Below, piece by piece: positions 25,028 through 39,125 of a stretch of 64,000 nt of DNA (its first letter is position 1; every line of letters begins with the position of its first letter). Source of the DNA: Phoronis australis (lineage: Eukaryota > Animalia > Phoronida); assembly GCA_002633005.1 (NCBI GenBank), contig NMRA01000336.1, positions 363,056 to 427,055 on the forward strand. The letters run 5' to 3'. Under the pieces are notes generated by a model, which ran no database searches, had not been told where the DNA came from, and saw only the letters and a list, made by a program, of their open reading frames with translations. The translations under genes were made by a program, and so were the position numbers.

Positions 25028-27979
25028 TTAAACAGTTACTAAGCATTTGTACATCTCCTACTAGGCTACTATTTAGTCATATTACAAGTCTGTTAGAAGT
25101 AGTAATTTGCAGTCTGTGATCAAAATCTACACACAACCAGTATTTACACAACTAATCTATGTCAACTGAGAATGAATTGCTGCGGTATTCTCCACGTGCA
25201 ACCAAGCATGGCAATCCTAACTTCTTGCAAGTACATCTCTTGGAACTGCAGTTAGTCTTGCACAATCTTCTTATTACTTTCAGCAGGTTCTCTGGTGCTG
25301 CTGGCTACTCCATCACCATGGAAATGAGTTTTCCACCTGCCAGCATCCACTCCCAATCCAACGGGTCTAGGTCACTGCCATGGAAACTTGACCACTCTTG
25401 TACTTGATAGTATGTCCCCGCAGCATGAAATTGAGCTGCTGAACCAGTTGGTGGACTGGGGCTATGCTTGATGACATCTTTCCCACAAATCGCCATTATT
25501 GTAAGTCATCCAAATGTCCTGAGCCAGCATAGACACAAGTCTTTTACCAGCTTCAAATATGTCTTGCTTCAGCTGCATGAGTCTATAGAATACCCTAGAA
25601 TTTTCGCAGAATTCTTGATCACACAGTTTCTTGTATGGGAGAGCCTTGGCAATACCAAACAGCCAAGATGTATCGCAGCCACCTATTGCAGGCACAAATG
25701 GCAAAAGCATGCAAATTTTGGCACCAAGAGACAACTGTAGTTTCCTGATGTCCCCTCTCTTGCTTAAGTGCCTCTTGTCAGCTTTCATGAACAATGGAAA
25801 TTGTTGTGAAATAGCATGGTAACACACAAAAAAACAACAATCCTGTATCGTCCTCAATAAGGGTAGCAGGACCTTGTGCTGCGTTCTCTGCTGCTGTTTC
25901 TTCAATTAAAACGTCTGCATCACCTTGAGCTTGTACCATTTTGCAACCAGCATTTCATAGCAAACTTGACAAGAAGTTTGCCAAAAAATGCTCCTTCTTA
26001 CTTGGATCATCATGTCACCGTTGAAGTGAACTGCAGTTTCAACCACCTCACCTGGTCTTCGAACATGGACCAGTTGATGGACCACCTCCATAACCATCAA
26101 AAACAACAGTAGGGTGGGTGTACTTGCAGATGCAATTCACATTAGCTCTGCTAATTTACTGAAAGGTTGCACCTCTAGTCCATAGAATACGGTGAAGGAG
26201 AGAACCACCATCGACTACATGCATCCAGGCATTTTCTGGAAATTGGTAATCCTCGGGTAGTCTCCCACTGGACCAGAATGCATGAGTACCAACTCTGGGA
26301 AGACCAGATGTATCAAAAACGGTGGGGGAAACAACAAACAGCTCAAACTTCAAAAGTCTTGATAAAATTTCACTGTTTGTTTTTGCAGCTGTCAGTAATC
26401 GCTGAAATAGCAATTGTGCATCCACTTGTGTAAAATCAGTACCGGAAACATGAACCGATGGGGATTGCAGCAACCTTATCTTTCTTTCTGAATGTGAGAA
26501 TTTTTCACACGACCCCTCCATAAACAAGAGAATCACCTTACCCACTTCTCTGGTATTTTTGGCATTGACGAGTGTTTCTGCCGTCACACCAGTGGCCATG
26601 TTTTGCAATGTTTCCATACCAAATGGTTCTCTGTTCCGGAGGAATTCAACAAGGCTGAGAATGTCTTTGTCTTGGTACATCCTAAATGTTGCTTACCAGT
26701 TTTACACTTCAAGTTTGTCACACTCTGCATGGCACCATTTGCACTTGAGCATGTAGGCAAGCAATATGTTTGCTGTGTATCTCCCACTCCGCGACCTCTA
26801 ATTAAACCTCCTCTTGATTTAATGGTTTTCATGAGCATTTGTTGAATTACTAGATCAGATGACAAGCCTGCCCAGAATCTGTCTCTTCATCTTAAGGTAT
26901 GGTGGCCGTTAACAAAGTTGCTGCATCTGCTGCAAGTATATGTGTGCAGATTTTGCATATGAGTTTTGACCAGGAGCTGCAAAGTACGGCAGCATTATGG
27001 AAACTGCTTTTAGGTGAAGTTCCCAATCTGACGTTTTAGAAAAAGATGAAGGATATCAACTATTTTATATTGATATACTGTTGCCAGAGACTGCTGGTTC
27101 AACTTTACATACATTCTAAATGAACCAACATTTGTGTACAAGCATTGAATTGCTCCATCTCTTGGCACGGAATCTGTGTGTTCTATGTTGGTGACATTCA
27201 GGACTCCTGGAATATCTGAAAAAAACCGCAACTTCTTCATATCCTAAAGTCTTTGGTTCTGGATTGGCGTTACATGATATGTCAGTATTTGGAAGTGGGA
27301 CGTTGAATGCTCTGTATGTTATAATAGCATTCAGTGCTGAGTCTACCAATATATGATTCCTCACTGCTCTATCCATACTTTTTCCATTTGACATATGGAT
27401 CACAATGTTTGGTGCATATGCTGTCTCAAGAACTTGTTGAAGGCAGGTGCCCGACAGTATGTATCCAATACATCTCTGAAAGCTCATCTCAGAATGAAAT
27501 CTGTCAATCCTAAGTACAAGTGACTGCAGATCGCTGTCGTTTGGTTTGCTGGCAATAATTTCTTGGGCTTTCCACCACAGCAGTTGATCAAACGTAATCA
27601 TAGGAGTAATGTTATGACGGTGAGCTACCAAACATTATTTTTGTTACCTCAAATAAATATATTTTATAGAAAAATAATTGAGTGTAAGAAATTTATTATG
27701 AAACATTAACTAAGCATTCACCAAATTTTAAATTAAATAATCTAAAACGTGATAAAAATTCCACATTTAGTATCTTAATGAATTGTTAAAAACAAGTTAA
27801 ATAAACAATCAACTTGTTAAGCCTGACTGCAGATTGTAAAATGCTTATGTCTAAATGCCTACAGGTTGCAAACAAATTTGCAGAACGCAAATGCAGTAAA
27901 TTGGGGTTTTGTGAGTTGACGGCTAATGTCAGTCATATTGATTTTTTCACTCCAACCAATGACCAACTGTAAGGTCCAG

Positions 27980-29307
27980 GGCCCGGTCTCCAATCTCCGT
28001 ACTCAGACTCATACTCATACTCGAGATTTCATACTCAAAATCGTGCTCACTGGAGTCGTACTCAAAAAAGCGTATCTAATGTCGTATTTAGAGTAGACTC
28101 CAAATGTACTCAAATCTGACACTCATACTCGAGTTGCTATGGAACTCTTTATGATGTGAAATGCAAAATCACGCAAAGCCGCGCTGATTCATCGCTCCTT
28201 ATTGGAATAGACCACTCCAAGAACTAGGCCTACATTATCGTCTGCTGTCGCTACAACTACAAGAGTATGTCTATAACGTGGAATTCTGAGTGTTCTGTAA
28301 CTGTTATTCATTTTTTAGTTTCAATAAATATTCTTATGCCATTTCTCTGATACATTTGGCAATTATCATAAGCTTTACTTCTTGAGTTCCTCACCCAGCC
28401 CCGAAAATGTCTTAAGAAATATGTAACAGCTTATCACATCACATCTCTGTTGCTGATTTAGTCTTGACATAAATCCCATTGCTTTGTAGGCCTACGCTGA
28501 TGTCAAACTTTGATACTGTATCTTTGTATTTTACCGGGATGTATCAAGTGAGTTGACATTTGACACGTGAGTTAAAAAACAATACTTGTGCAGGCATTCA
28601 GAGTTCACCAGTGGCAGTGAACGGGACGAGACGTCTACTTAGAAATCGGCAAACAAAATCTGGAATTCCATTTGGGGATTGAGGAATTCCCTCCCCTCCT
28701 CGTCTTTTGGAAACCCTACAAAACGTAGGCACGCATACCGAAACAAGGGGAGCACAAACTTCTCACACGACTTTTCCCACAACTGCTTTCGACGCTTGTT
28801 ATGACTCGCCGACAAGGGATTACAGTACGCCTGTTGCCAGGAATTGTAGAGGTACAGGCGGCCATAAAATACAGTGATACGTCGGGGTAATAAGGTGAAG
28901 AATAAGAAGATTTAAGATGAAAACTATTATCTCTGCACTGAAATTGAAGTGCTGAGATGCGGTAAGAGGACTTATTTTTTTAGATTTGCTGTGTTTCTTG
29001 ATTCCCTTTTGATATTTTGTTCTCTGGCTCGTATTTATTTTCGAGTACGATTTCAAGCACACTGCCATACCAAACTTGAAATTTGAGCATAGACTCCAAA
29101 ATTTTTACTCAAAATCGTACTAGAAATATAGATGAGATACACTTCAGTTCGAGTACACTCGAAAACTGAGTACGTGCTCGAAATTTCGAGTACAGATTTT
29201 TCGAGTATGACATTGAATACACCAAAGCTGAGTCTGTACTCGAGTTGAGTATGAAGTGTGAGTTTGAGCATGATTCGAGTCTGAGTACGGAGATTGGAGA
29301 CCGGGCC
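27980..29307. mobile_element. PIF/Harbinger-like non-autonomous element (young)
   Basis: Perfect 31-bp TIR GGCCCGGTCTCCAATCTCCGTACTCAGACTC; 3-bp CAG TSD (27977-27979, 29308-29310); subterminal TACTC/GAGTA arrays. Confidence 0.9.
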
Positions 29308-30001
29308 CAGATATGTTCAATTGTCTAACTTACAAAAGCACACCACTTTTGCCATTCTCAGGACAAAATATAAAAAGAAATTTTGCAACATGTACCAAAT
29401 TGTCATTTCGGACGCCATTTTGTCAGCCATATTGGTATGATTTAGCGGAAAATTAGTATCTTTTGCTTGATATACCTGCTATGAGAAGTATATAATCAGG
29501 GACGAGCCTTATTGGTTTATTTCCAGCTGTTACATAAGAGTAACATAACAGAAAGCTGTAAACACTGGTTTTGGCAGTCTTTTTTCCGCCATCTTGAAAA
29601 ACAGACTTCCGTGACTCTGTTAGGTGTTGTTCGTGCCCCATAGTGAGGTGTTTTCTTTAGAATAATGTAATGATGGATAATCCTCAAAAGAACATATTTC
29701 ACCCTATTCATTAACTAAAGGCTTATGAGAAGTGTCATTAAATTATTGACCAATAATTTGGGAAATCCAGCTATACAAAATCACACTCCACAGCAATAAA
29801 AAGAGAAGGCGGCATCCTCAACGACCCACGCTACTAGTGGCCCTGGAGAAGCAAGTCTGTAATTAATTTGCAAATAAATGACGAGTATAAGACAAAAACA
29901 CCTCAGTAATTATAGGAACACACACACATGACAAGGAACATTTTGCCACTCAACATTATCCAGAAAACTAAAAAGTGAGTGAAGTCTTAATAACAACATA
30001 C

Positions 30002-30171
30002 TTGAGAGCACCATCATTGACAATCTGACATCCTTCAAGGCTGAGTTTCTTGAGAAATCCTCCGCATCTTTTGGAGATGTTTTCCACAACAATCCCTTCG
30101 ACATCCGTTTGAAAGTTGAAGAGGTTAACTCTCTGCCAGTTGCTGCCATCAAGGGCAAGAATATTCCAGTA
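30002..30171 (-). CDS. FBXL20: FBXL2/FBXL20-like exon (F-box end, first LRR)
   Basis: ctttag|TAC...CTC AA|gtatgt; 170 nt; YWNILALDGSNWQRVNLFNFQTDVEGIVVENISKRCGGFLKKLSLEGCQIVNDGAL(K). Confidence 0.96.
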
Positions 30172-31185
30172 CTAAAGTCACACAATAAAATTCATTATTA
30201 AAGACTAGTTTGGCTGGCTTAATTTCATGTACTTTTGTGTTTGACGGTGATTTTACCTTGACTTCTAGTCTGATTATTAATATAGCCAACACTTTCAAGT
30301 TGTGGGACTTAACAAGTCTTCAGTAACAACTTTGCAATCATAATAGAAATGTGATTGATTTTATTAGCCTAGTTTATGCAGATATGGCTGAACTAATAAG
30401 TCACCTTCCATGCAAATGAAGTGACTGACATCAATCACAACTCAGTCATGACTGAATTTATCATTGAAGTAACAATTATGCGACTGAGATGACGAAAATG
30501 ACCAAAAATAAATCTGTTGTTGGCTAGCTCACAGTAAAGCTGTTTTTACACAGGGAACAGTTGTCACAGTGCAAGTTATCATGACACGACTTGTTCCACT
30601 TTAGTCACATTTACAAGACATTAGATCGCTATCTGGATCACCATGAGTCATTCACACAAAGACTGTCTACGCATGCAAACATCCAAATCATATGGAATGA
30701 CAACGGATCATCCGTATCGCTAGTGAGCAAGATACCTTTCCGCCCTGCCCCAGTTGTGTTTAGATGTGTAGTTGAACTGGAACAAGTGATAGAGTGAAAT
30801 TTGCTCTCAAAACAGTGTCAAAAATGGCTACCGCATAGCCAACTTGCTCCGTGTCAGTCTTACACACACACTTGTGCCCTATGAGCTGTTCTGTGATAGT
30901 TGCTCCATAACAGGTGTTTTACATCTAAATACAGCTTTATTGTAAATTTCAAAAAGGGAGGCAGAGTTTAATACTCTGTAGAAGATGTTGACAAGATTCC
31001 GGGAGCAACTGGAACAACTTTACTTTGAACGCCTTTGCAGTTTAGAAGGCAACAAGTCCAGCAAAACATGTATGGTTAGTCAGTGCAGAGAAATCAGTCA
31101 AAGAAGACAAGCAGAGGGTGCTAAACTTTCAAAAGTAGAATGCGGTCATGGGCAAAACATCTGTATGTCTCAGGCATTCTTATCA

Positions 31186-31581
31186 CCAGAAAATCCGTAG
31201 ATGGGGCCCATGAGTGTGTATTTGGAAAATGAGAATTTTCAGGCATTTTAGCCAAATAAACACCTGGGCGTTTATTTGGAAAAGAGGGCGTGTAAACTGA
31301 AAGCCATAGTTTTGCTTGATTTGACACTCTTTTACTTAAAACTGCACTTTAAAATTTTTTTTTAATAATTGCATAATTTGCCAACACCTTGTTTGTTTTT
31401 AGAAATGATAAATGCTACACAAAACTAAATTTGTGACAAAAAGTTGATGCTGAGTGGGCTATTATGAGGAAAATTTCCAAATAAACGTCACACTGTCAGT
31501 ACGCTTGTCGCCACAAGTTGTAACACCAAATAAACGTCCATGGGCGTTTCAACATGTGGGCTTATCTACGGAAAACCCCTG
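31186..31581. mobile_element. Short derivative of the pogo-like family at 43499-44917
   Basis: Right end gggcttatctacggaaaacccctg-ta and subterminal aagttg.aacaccaaa.aaac..ccatgggcgttt are shared; left end decayed. Confidence 0.65.
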
Positions 31582-31688
31582 TATCATTATGATGATTCAT
31601 CACCTATTAGCAAACAATGTGGTACAACAAAAATAAAATCTGGAAACAGTCTTAGACAGTTGTAGGCTTTGCTTGTCGAAAGGCAATA

Positions 31689-33967
31689 TGGTAAAAATTC
31701 CAGTGAAAAAATAAATATTTTGAACCTGTCCTCAATTTATAGAAACAGGTAATGATTGGCTGTCCAAAATTCGAGAAATATGAGAAAGACAGCAAAATTC
31801 ACAATGTTCGATCTTAGTTTTGATAGCGGGTGCCAACAATGTTTCGATTTCCTGTTTGAGACAGTTTGAACATCCGCGCAGATTTGAGACTGTTATTGCT
31901 GATAAGAAATTCACACTGTGTCCTAAAAAAACATAAACAGCGATGTTACTGGTTTTGAACACAACCGATTTACCAAATTTTGTAATAGGAAATTTATTCA
32001 TTTGTCGTGTAACACGCCTGACCGATTATTCGCAATATCCATTTGGGCTCAACATCTTCACGTTAAACTGATAGCAAACCAAACATTGACAACACAATGT
32101 ATGTAACCCTGGTTTGTTTCTGGGCCAGCGACATGCTTACATGAGTCACCTGTCACTTAAACAGACTTTAGCAAAACAGTGCTTCTGGCAACAATATAGA
32201 TATAAATAAGGTCCCCGATGTCTTAGTTCGACTACTTGTTTATTTGACAAGTATAGAACTATTGCTTTATGCGTCTGGTGTATATTCAATCAATAAGAGT
32301 TTGGAATTATTACGAAACAAGCTATAGTAGGTTGACATCCATGTAAGATTTTGACATGTTTGTACAAAACACAGCAGTAATCCAGATCACAATTTAACCA
32401 AGGTAAGCTCCACTAAGTTCTAACACGCAAGTGACTGTTCAAGTAGCCGGCTACAAGTGTGTTAGCTTCTTTGACGCTAATTATGCGCAGTTCTCGGTAC
32501 TGCTGTTACCCGATACCAGAGCGGTCCGCTCGTGATATATTTAATGTATTTTTTATGAGTGTATGCACTACAGGCCAAGGCTTCATTTTACAAATCATAC
32601 TTCATGGCACAGCTACAATCAAAGGGTCACTTTCAAACTGAACGCGCCAAATAACCCACAGGACAACATTTCACTGAGACCACTTGATTTGAAACTTAAA
32701 TGTCTTGATGACGCCTGGCTCACGGCCAAAAATGAACCCAGGGACACAATAAAAAAACTTCGATATGTCATGTTCATACATCATTTTCCTTTCAAAACTC
32801 TTATAATGCGTCTCACAAGAAACGCATTCTTAGACCCACTAGTACTGCGCACAAAACCAGGAATGGATCCCTTTCTGCTAAAACGCATAATCATGTAACG
32901 AGCCGTAAGTTGTACTGATCTGTCATAAATAACAAAGTTGTACAAATAAAGTCATTTTTCAGTAAATACTGGAGCAAAAACAAAAGCTTTACATTTATGC
33001 CACATACTGATATATACGTGTATGTCAGATACTGAGATATACAAATGTGAGATATTTATGTACAGTGTACATGGTTTTCAAAGTTTCTTTTCAAGCGTTC
33101 ATAACATTGTTAACACCCCACAAACGAGTTATCCTCGTTTTCGCTAAACCTTTCAAAGTCCGGTTCGTAGTCTGAATTACTGTCTATAAAGTCCAGCAAC
33201 CAGTCATTGCGAATGTCCCCACTCACAATGGGAGCAATCCCCATGACTCGGAAAGATTTCTCTATGACTGTGAATGTGAATATTTGCTTTTCACAGTCTG
33301 TTTCAAATTGACACTGAACAACATCATGTTGCAGTCAGACAGGTTAGGGCGCTGTGCAAAACCACGGCATATCGAAGGTCCAGGAGCCGGGAAGAAGGTA
33401 ATTGGGCAGCATGTTCGTAGAAAAAATTGAGGCCTTGAACCCAAGACCTGACTTGGTAGCACAATGGTTTCATCACCGGTGCTTATCAATTACCTGCTAA
33501 TCTAAATAAAAAGTGCGACACAGTAGCGATTATGCAAAATTCGCAGAACATTATATTTGCATACTGCAATCGCAATCAAATGTGGCAAATTTTTTTGTGT
33601 CTATGATTACTCCAAGAAAACGTGCAAGATATGTACAAACAACCATCCACATACATCACTATAACTATAGACTGTGACATCAGTCAATACATTACATTGG
33701 CCGTAGTTTCAAATCATGTCTAAATAATCACAGTTACTTGATGAACTCCTAGATTTATATTCAGCCCCACATCATGCGAAAAAGCGGACTGTCGGAAATG
33801 TGACAATTAGGTGCAATGGCACTAAAATCTAAGTGTCCCAAATTTGAGAAATAAGGTGGATGCCAAAATGACAGTGTCACAAATTTCAGAATCAAAAAAT
33901 TCAGTTTCATTTTGAATTTAAGTGTCCGAAATTCGGGAGATAGTCCTAAATTTGAGAATTTTTACCA
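31689..33967. mobile_element. Putative TA-flanked non-autonomous DNA transposon
   Basis: TA-TGGTAAAAATTC inverted at both ends; repeated subterminal GTCCNAAATTYGAGAA motifs (31762, 33835, 33924, 33943). Confidence 0.5.
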
Positions 33968-34571
33968 TAATGTTATTATAGTTGAGTCTCTTAAGATTCA
34001 AAACATAAAATCATTGAATTATTGGAATGTGGCTCATGTTCATTAATTGGTGGGAAACATTAGCAATTAGTATCAGACCTGGCTTATTCAAATAGCATGG
34101 AAACTATAACTTCATGTGTGTTCAAAAACAACGAAACTGCCACGCGTGACACCTATAGTGATGCATAGAAGTCACTAGAGTGCATCCTTCCATGGTGGTT
34201 AGAAGGGTAGGTGAGTTGTGCTGTAGGGGTCCTTATTTGTATAAGAAATATAATAGTCTTTTGTAAGTGTGAAATTCACACTTGTAGATATATTGTGTTG
34301 TTATTAGTTCACATATTTTGTACACATCTGCCCAAAAGTTGGGTTAAGTTGTGCCAAGCATGATGTATGTCATTGACTAGTCAGGTGTGTAATTTTAGAA
34401 GTACCGTACTGTGTATTCTCCGTTTGTTTATAGATGTAATTAGTTGACACTATTAGCTGGTCATAAACAGTAATGTTATATTATTTCGCTGATTCAGTTT
34501 GTGCATTGTTACCCCATGGTAGCATTCACCCAGCACAAGCACATTAGTCTAAATGTGACAGAAACACTTAC

Positions 34572-34626
34572 CTTTGACACCTGAGCACACCTACAAAGAG
34601 TCACGACGTCCAGGTAGGAGAAGATT
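34572..34626 (-). CDS. FBXL20: FBXL2/FBXL20-like exon (F-box)
   Basis: ttgcag|A ATC...AAG|gtaagt; 55 nt; (R)IFSYLDVVTLCRCAQVSK; phase fits the neighbours. Confidence 0.96.
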
Positions 34627-35199
34627 CTGCAACAATAAGACTTGCTTAGTTTCCCACAGTACAGTTCAATCAGTGTCCTGAAGAGACAGGCCTCGATGCT
34701 ACGAAAATTGTCAGGTCGCATTTTGTGATCTAGCCAAAATCTCAGGTCACATTTTCAAAATTTAGCTTGCGTTCATGTCTCACCGCAAAATTTTCCCACC
34801 AATTTTACATGCCAAAATTAATTTTTCAGATCACTGAGAAAATGTGTAGAGGACCCTCTTACCTGCGGCGTCAAATACTTACAAATTATCAGGGCGAAAA
34901 ATTGAATTCTTACATGCAGGTATGGCATTAGTGTTCTTCACGACTGTCATTGAAAGGCTTTGGAGCGCAAGGCTCGTTGCGTGAGCATAGTCATTAACCC
35001 CAGTGTTTGCAGTAATAAGATAATGAGACTCCAATAGTAAGAAAATACGGCTTTGCGAAGCTAACTCCATCTATTAGAGGTGACGTTGTATCTATCCTTA
35101 CCACCTACACTCAAGGCTGTACCCTTTTAGCCACCTGGAATAATATAAATTTTTTTTAATTGCGAACTTAAGCCGGAACAAGATTCTTTCTATTGGAGT

Positions 35200-38100
35200 C
35201 TGAAAATTTTGCGGTATGGTCCGGAGACTGAATGAAAAAATGGCAATGGGTGTATGAAGAGAAGAAAAAAAATTTGCTAACCACAACTTCACATCAACCT
35301 GTTTAATTTCAGTAGCTGCAGCAATGGGCAAACCACATTGGGCTTATCAAATATCGAAGCAGGGAAATATCTGGAGATACAAAACGTTCAACAAGCTTTT
35401 AATGAGGTTCGTTATTCTGAAAAAGACTATGAGGATATTAATTTCCCGGATATATTCACTCTTCCTAGTAATAAAGTACTGACAGATGACTAGTCCTTAT
35501 TATTAGAACAAGAGATCACAGAAGATGAACTCTATGAAGCCTTAAAACAATCCCAAAATAATAAAACACCAGGCAATTTTACAAAATATTTTGGGATGCA
35601 AACAGTACCTTTTGGAATGTATAAATTATAGTTTTAAAACAGGAAAATTTTCAACCTCCCAAAGGCAAAGTGTCATTACACTTATCCCAAAAGTAAAAAT
35701 AGAGAGGAATTAAAAAATCTGGAAAATTGGTGACCAATTTCATTATTAAATTGCGATTACAAATTACTTACAAAGGTTATTGCCAACTGGCTAAATAAGT
35801 ACACTCATAAGCTTATTTATACAGATCAAACGTCTGTTTCAAAACGATTTACAGGTCAAAATATTAGATTAATACAGGACATAATATCGTATTATACAAA
35901 TAACAATCTCAATGGACAAATTGTATTATTAGATTTTAAGAAAGCTTATGGTAGTTTAAATTGGTCCTTTCTTCAAAAAACCCTTCTGGCTTTTAATTTG
36001 GTCCCAAATTTATTCAACGTATAAAACAATATATAACGATATTGTGTCTTGTGTTCAAAACAACGGATTTACATGTGGTTATTTTAATGTTAAGAAAGAC
36101 CTTCGTCAAGGGGACCCCTTAATTAGTCAACTGTTTACACTATGTGTGGAGCTCATGAGTCATAACATTAGCAGTAACCCCTTAATCAAAGGATTGTGTA
36201 TTGATGGGCATGAAGTCAGACCAGTACGCTGATGACACAATTTTATTTATTCTGAATGAAATGTCAGGAACAGAATGCTTTAAATTTCTCACAAGATTTA
36301 GAGACGTGTCTGGTCTTAAAGTGAATAGGCGAAAATGCAATGTTTTTAGACCCCCTGTCTGAACTTGAGAATATGTATGATATAAAGTGGCCAAAAACAA
36401 ATATTAAATGTCCGGGCGTTTCCTTCGGTAAATATGAAAAAGAAAAAAAATGGACAAAATTTTGAAGAAAAAATTTTGGAACTTAGGAAAATTCTAAATA
36501 TTTGGAAAACAAGTAAATTAACAATTAAGGGAAGAATTGTCATAACTAAAGCTTTTGCGCTATCCAAATTGATTCACGTAATATCTGTCCTTGGATTGAC
36601 AAGGGATTTGTGCAAACGAATAGATAAAATAAAATTTAAATGATATTATTTGGCAGGGAAACCACCTAAAATAAAGAAAAGCGTTGCAATGGCCTCTCAT
36701 GAAGATGGTGGTTTAAAAGTCCCTGACATGACCCTTATAAAGGAAGGCCTTTTAGTAAACTGGGTAAAAAGACTTCAGTCTCTTGAATGTGGAAGTTGGA
36801 AGTTTTATCCACAATATATCGTCAAGAATTACGGTGGTGAACTGTTGTGGTCATATAATTTTAAAGTAAGCAAACTGTTTAGAACAGTAAATGATATTTT
36901 TTATAGAGAAGTTTTGTCGGTGAGTGAGCAGTTGAATCATAATGCTTTTAAAGATGCGCCTCTTTTTGATCAGATTATATGGCATAACAGAGATATAACA
37001 CTTAATAATGAGTCACTATATTATAAAGAGTTTGCTAAAAATGGGCTATGTTTCATCAATGACTTTCTTGATGCTGAAAATAGGCAAAATATAAATTGAA
37101 AGATTCTAAAATTCTGAGTTTTAATTCAATATGTATTATTTTATCTAGAAAAATTGATCAAAGTCATCAGTGATTGGTTGGCTGCAACAATAAAATTTGC
37201 TTAGATTATAATAAAATTGCAAAAGAAAAAATCAAGAGTATTAAGCTACAAAACTATTGCAAAAAAACCAGATACTTATGAAAAATTGTCGCAGCAATAC
37301 TCAAAACAAGATATCCAAAACATTTATTCCTTGCCTTTTACACTTCCCCTCGATCCATGCATTAAATCTTTTAAGTATATGTCGTTACATAACAGTGTAT
37401 AATAACTCTTTGTTATATAAGAGGAAGATTGTTAATTCAGATTTTTGTCCCAATTGTAATCTAGAACAGAATACTGAACACATGTTTTTCCTTTGTGATG
37501 TAGTGCAAAGATTGTTGATTAATGTTCAGGATATTTTGACATCTTCTCTTAAGGAAGATGTCAGAATAACCAAGAATGAATTCATGTTTTGCCATTTAAG
37601 TTCTGAATTCTCCCTGTTGATTAATTATGGTATCACTATCACCCAATATTTTATTTATTTACGTACCCAATAACAGTTGCATCCAGATTGGTCTGTCCTT
37701 AAGTTATTCATGTCAAAATATATTAAAATTACGTTATTTAATTTTCAAAAACAAAAAGAACCGGACAACATTAATATTAGAATGTGGGAGAGCCTCAGTG
37801 CTGCCATGCAATGAATCTGTAATATCTGTAGTATATTTAAAGGAGCATGCCACCCAAAAAACAACCTAATTTGTATCAATTTAGATCGAGTAGTTCTACT
37901 CCATAACGACACGTACGGTTGCGTTACCTGACACCTGACGGCAGACAGAGGTGTTGAAATTATCCAATGACGTCATCGGTTTCACACGCTGTCTGTTCAG
38001 CAGTTCACAACGCGGGTTACTGGTGTCAGCTTATCGCTTAAAGTCATCGTTTAACACCAATAAATCATCAAACTTCGATGTAAAACCCTTAAAAATACAC

Positions 38101-38902
38101 CGAGTTCTTACAAAAACGTGTTGTTTTATTTTGTTCTTACTGATTTATTGGTATTTGGACACACCGTAGCCTACAAAGTTCGGCAGGCCAATAGTTAAGG
38201 TCCATAGAAGGAGTTTGGGGTCTGTTCGGAGACGGAAGTATTTTCAGTGAGATACAGACAGGAGAACCTAGATCTGTGTTGTTTAGACTTGTGATTTTTT
38301 TTGAGTTCTAAACACAAAACACTTGTTATCCTGGCCAGTGGCTCGGAGCCCGACGATCAGGCCCGTCGCAGCAGTTTGGGTGCTCAGATCATCCTCCAGT
38401 GGGAATGTGTCGCGGGACACTCGGGCAAGTTGGGACAGTTCTTCCTCTGTATGTGAGACAATAATGAGTACACCCCAGTACGCAGCAACAGCGTGGCATG
38501 TTGACCCGAATCGTAAGCAAAAGCAAACTTATCACAACCAAGGTAGAAAAATGACTGACTCGACTGCTCTTACAGTCAGACTATATGAAATGAAATTGGC
38601 GCGAAATTCTTGCCTCCCAAAACGTCACTTCCTGAGTAGACGACGAGTAATTAATTAAATTACGAAAACCAGTAAATAAGTGAAAAATATTTTTGGGATA
38701 ATCAACAAACCTTATTTTTGCTAAAACTGACATGAAAAAAGGTTGCCGTCGCCTTTAAAGAATGAAGTGTGCCTGAGTGAATGAGTGTGTGAGTGTGCGA
38801 GTGAAAGTCCTTACCCCTTTTCCTTGTTCACCCTTTCAGCCTTTAAAAAAATTTAGAGTATATTGTTGAAGAATAAAATTTTAAAAAATATATATATAAA
38901 AA
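35200..38902 (+). mobile_element. 5'-truncated, decayed Tx1/L1-clade LINE (RT pseudogene)
   Basis: NNKTPG, SQRQSVITLIPK, W*PISLLNCDYK, LLDFKKAY, LRQGDPL, QYADD, EDGGLKVPD and C-terminal CPNC..EHMFFLC (to ~37700); many stops and frameshifts. The 3' UTR is interrupted by Kolobok B1 and ends in AATAAA plus an A-rich tail. Confidence 0.9.
37841..38754 (-). mobile_element. Kolobok-like non-autonomous element B1
   Basis: TTAA TSDs; AGG...CCT ends; contains a THAP start (minus strand MPRCCCVLGCTH) and a transposase scrap (QWECVAGHSGK). Confidence 0.8.
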
Positions 38903-39125
38903 AGTTTGACATAAAAAACTTGCGTGAGTACAAGTGTAGACAGAAACTGGGGCAAGGTGGAAGTAATGAGCAGCTAATTGCAATCTTGTATTCATATGCA
39001 CTATTTTTGTAACATTTGCAAGATACATGGAAAGAGTGATTTGCACCCTTACTTCAACTGCCTTGACACCAGTCGTGATGTAGACTCTCAGCTGATTGGA
39101 TGCAAGTTACTCAGATGCAACTTAA

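Larger units (their letters stand above)
22294..29717 (-). mobile_element. Academ-like (XPG-type) DNA transposon, degraded, with nested insertions
   Basis: Frameshifted coding remnant at 25160-27630: ITFDQLLWWKA, RAVRNHILVDSAL, SSDLVIQQMLM..KSRGGLIRGRG, LLFQRL, VVDGGSLLHRILW, XPG/H3TH-like AIGGCDT..FGIAK, PPT..AA.FH..YYQVQEW..DP.DW.W, then a Cys-rich tail. Ends are tentative (TTGTTAG / TAGTTA); no TSD seen. Confidence 0.7.

Noticed and set aside
29910-30185. 91-aa minus-strand ORF
   Set aside because: Shifted frame of the real 170-nt exon.
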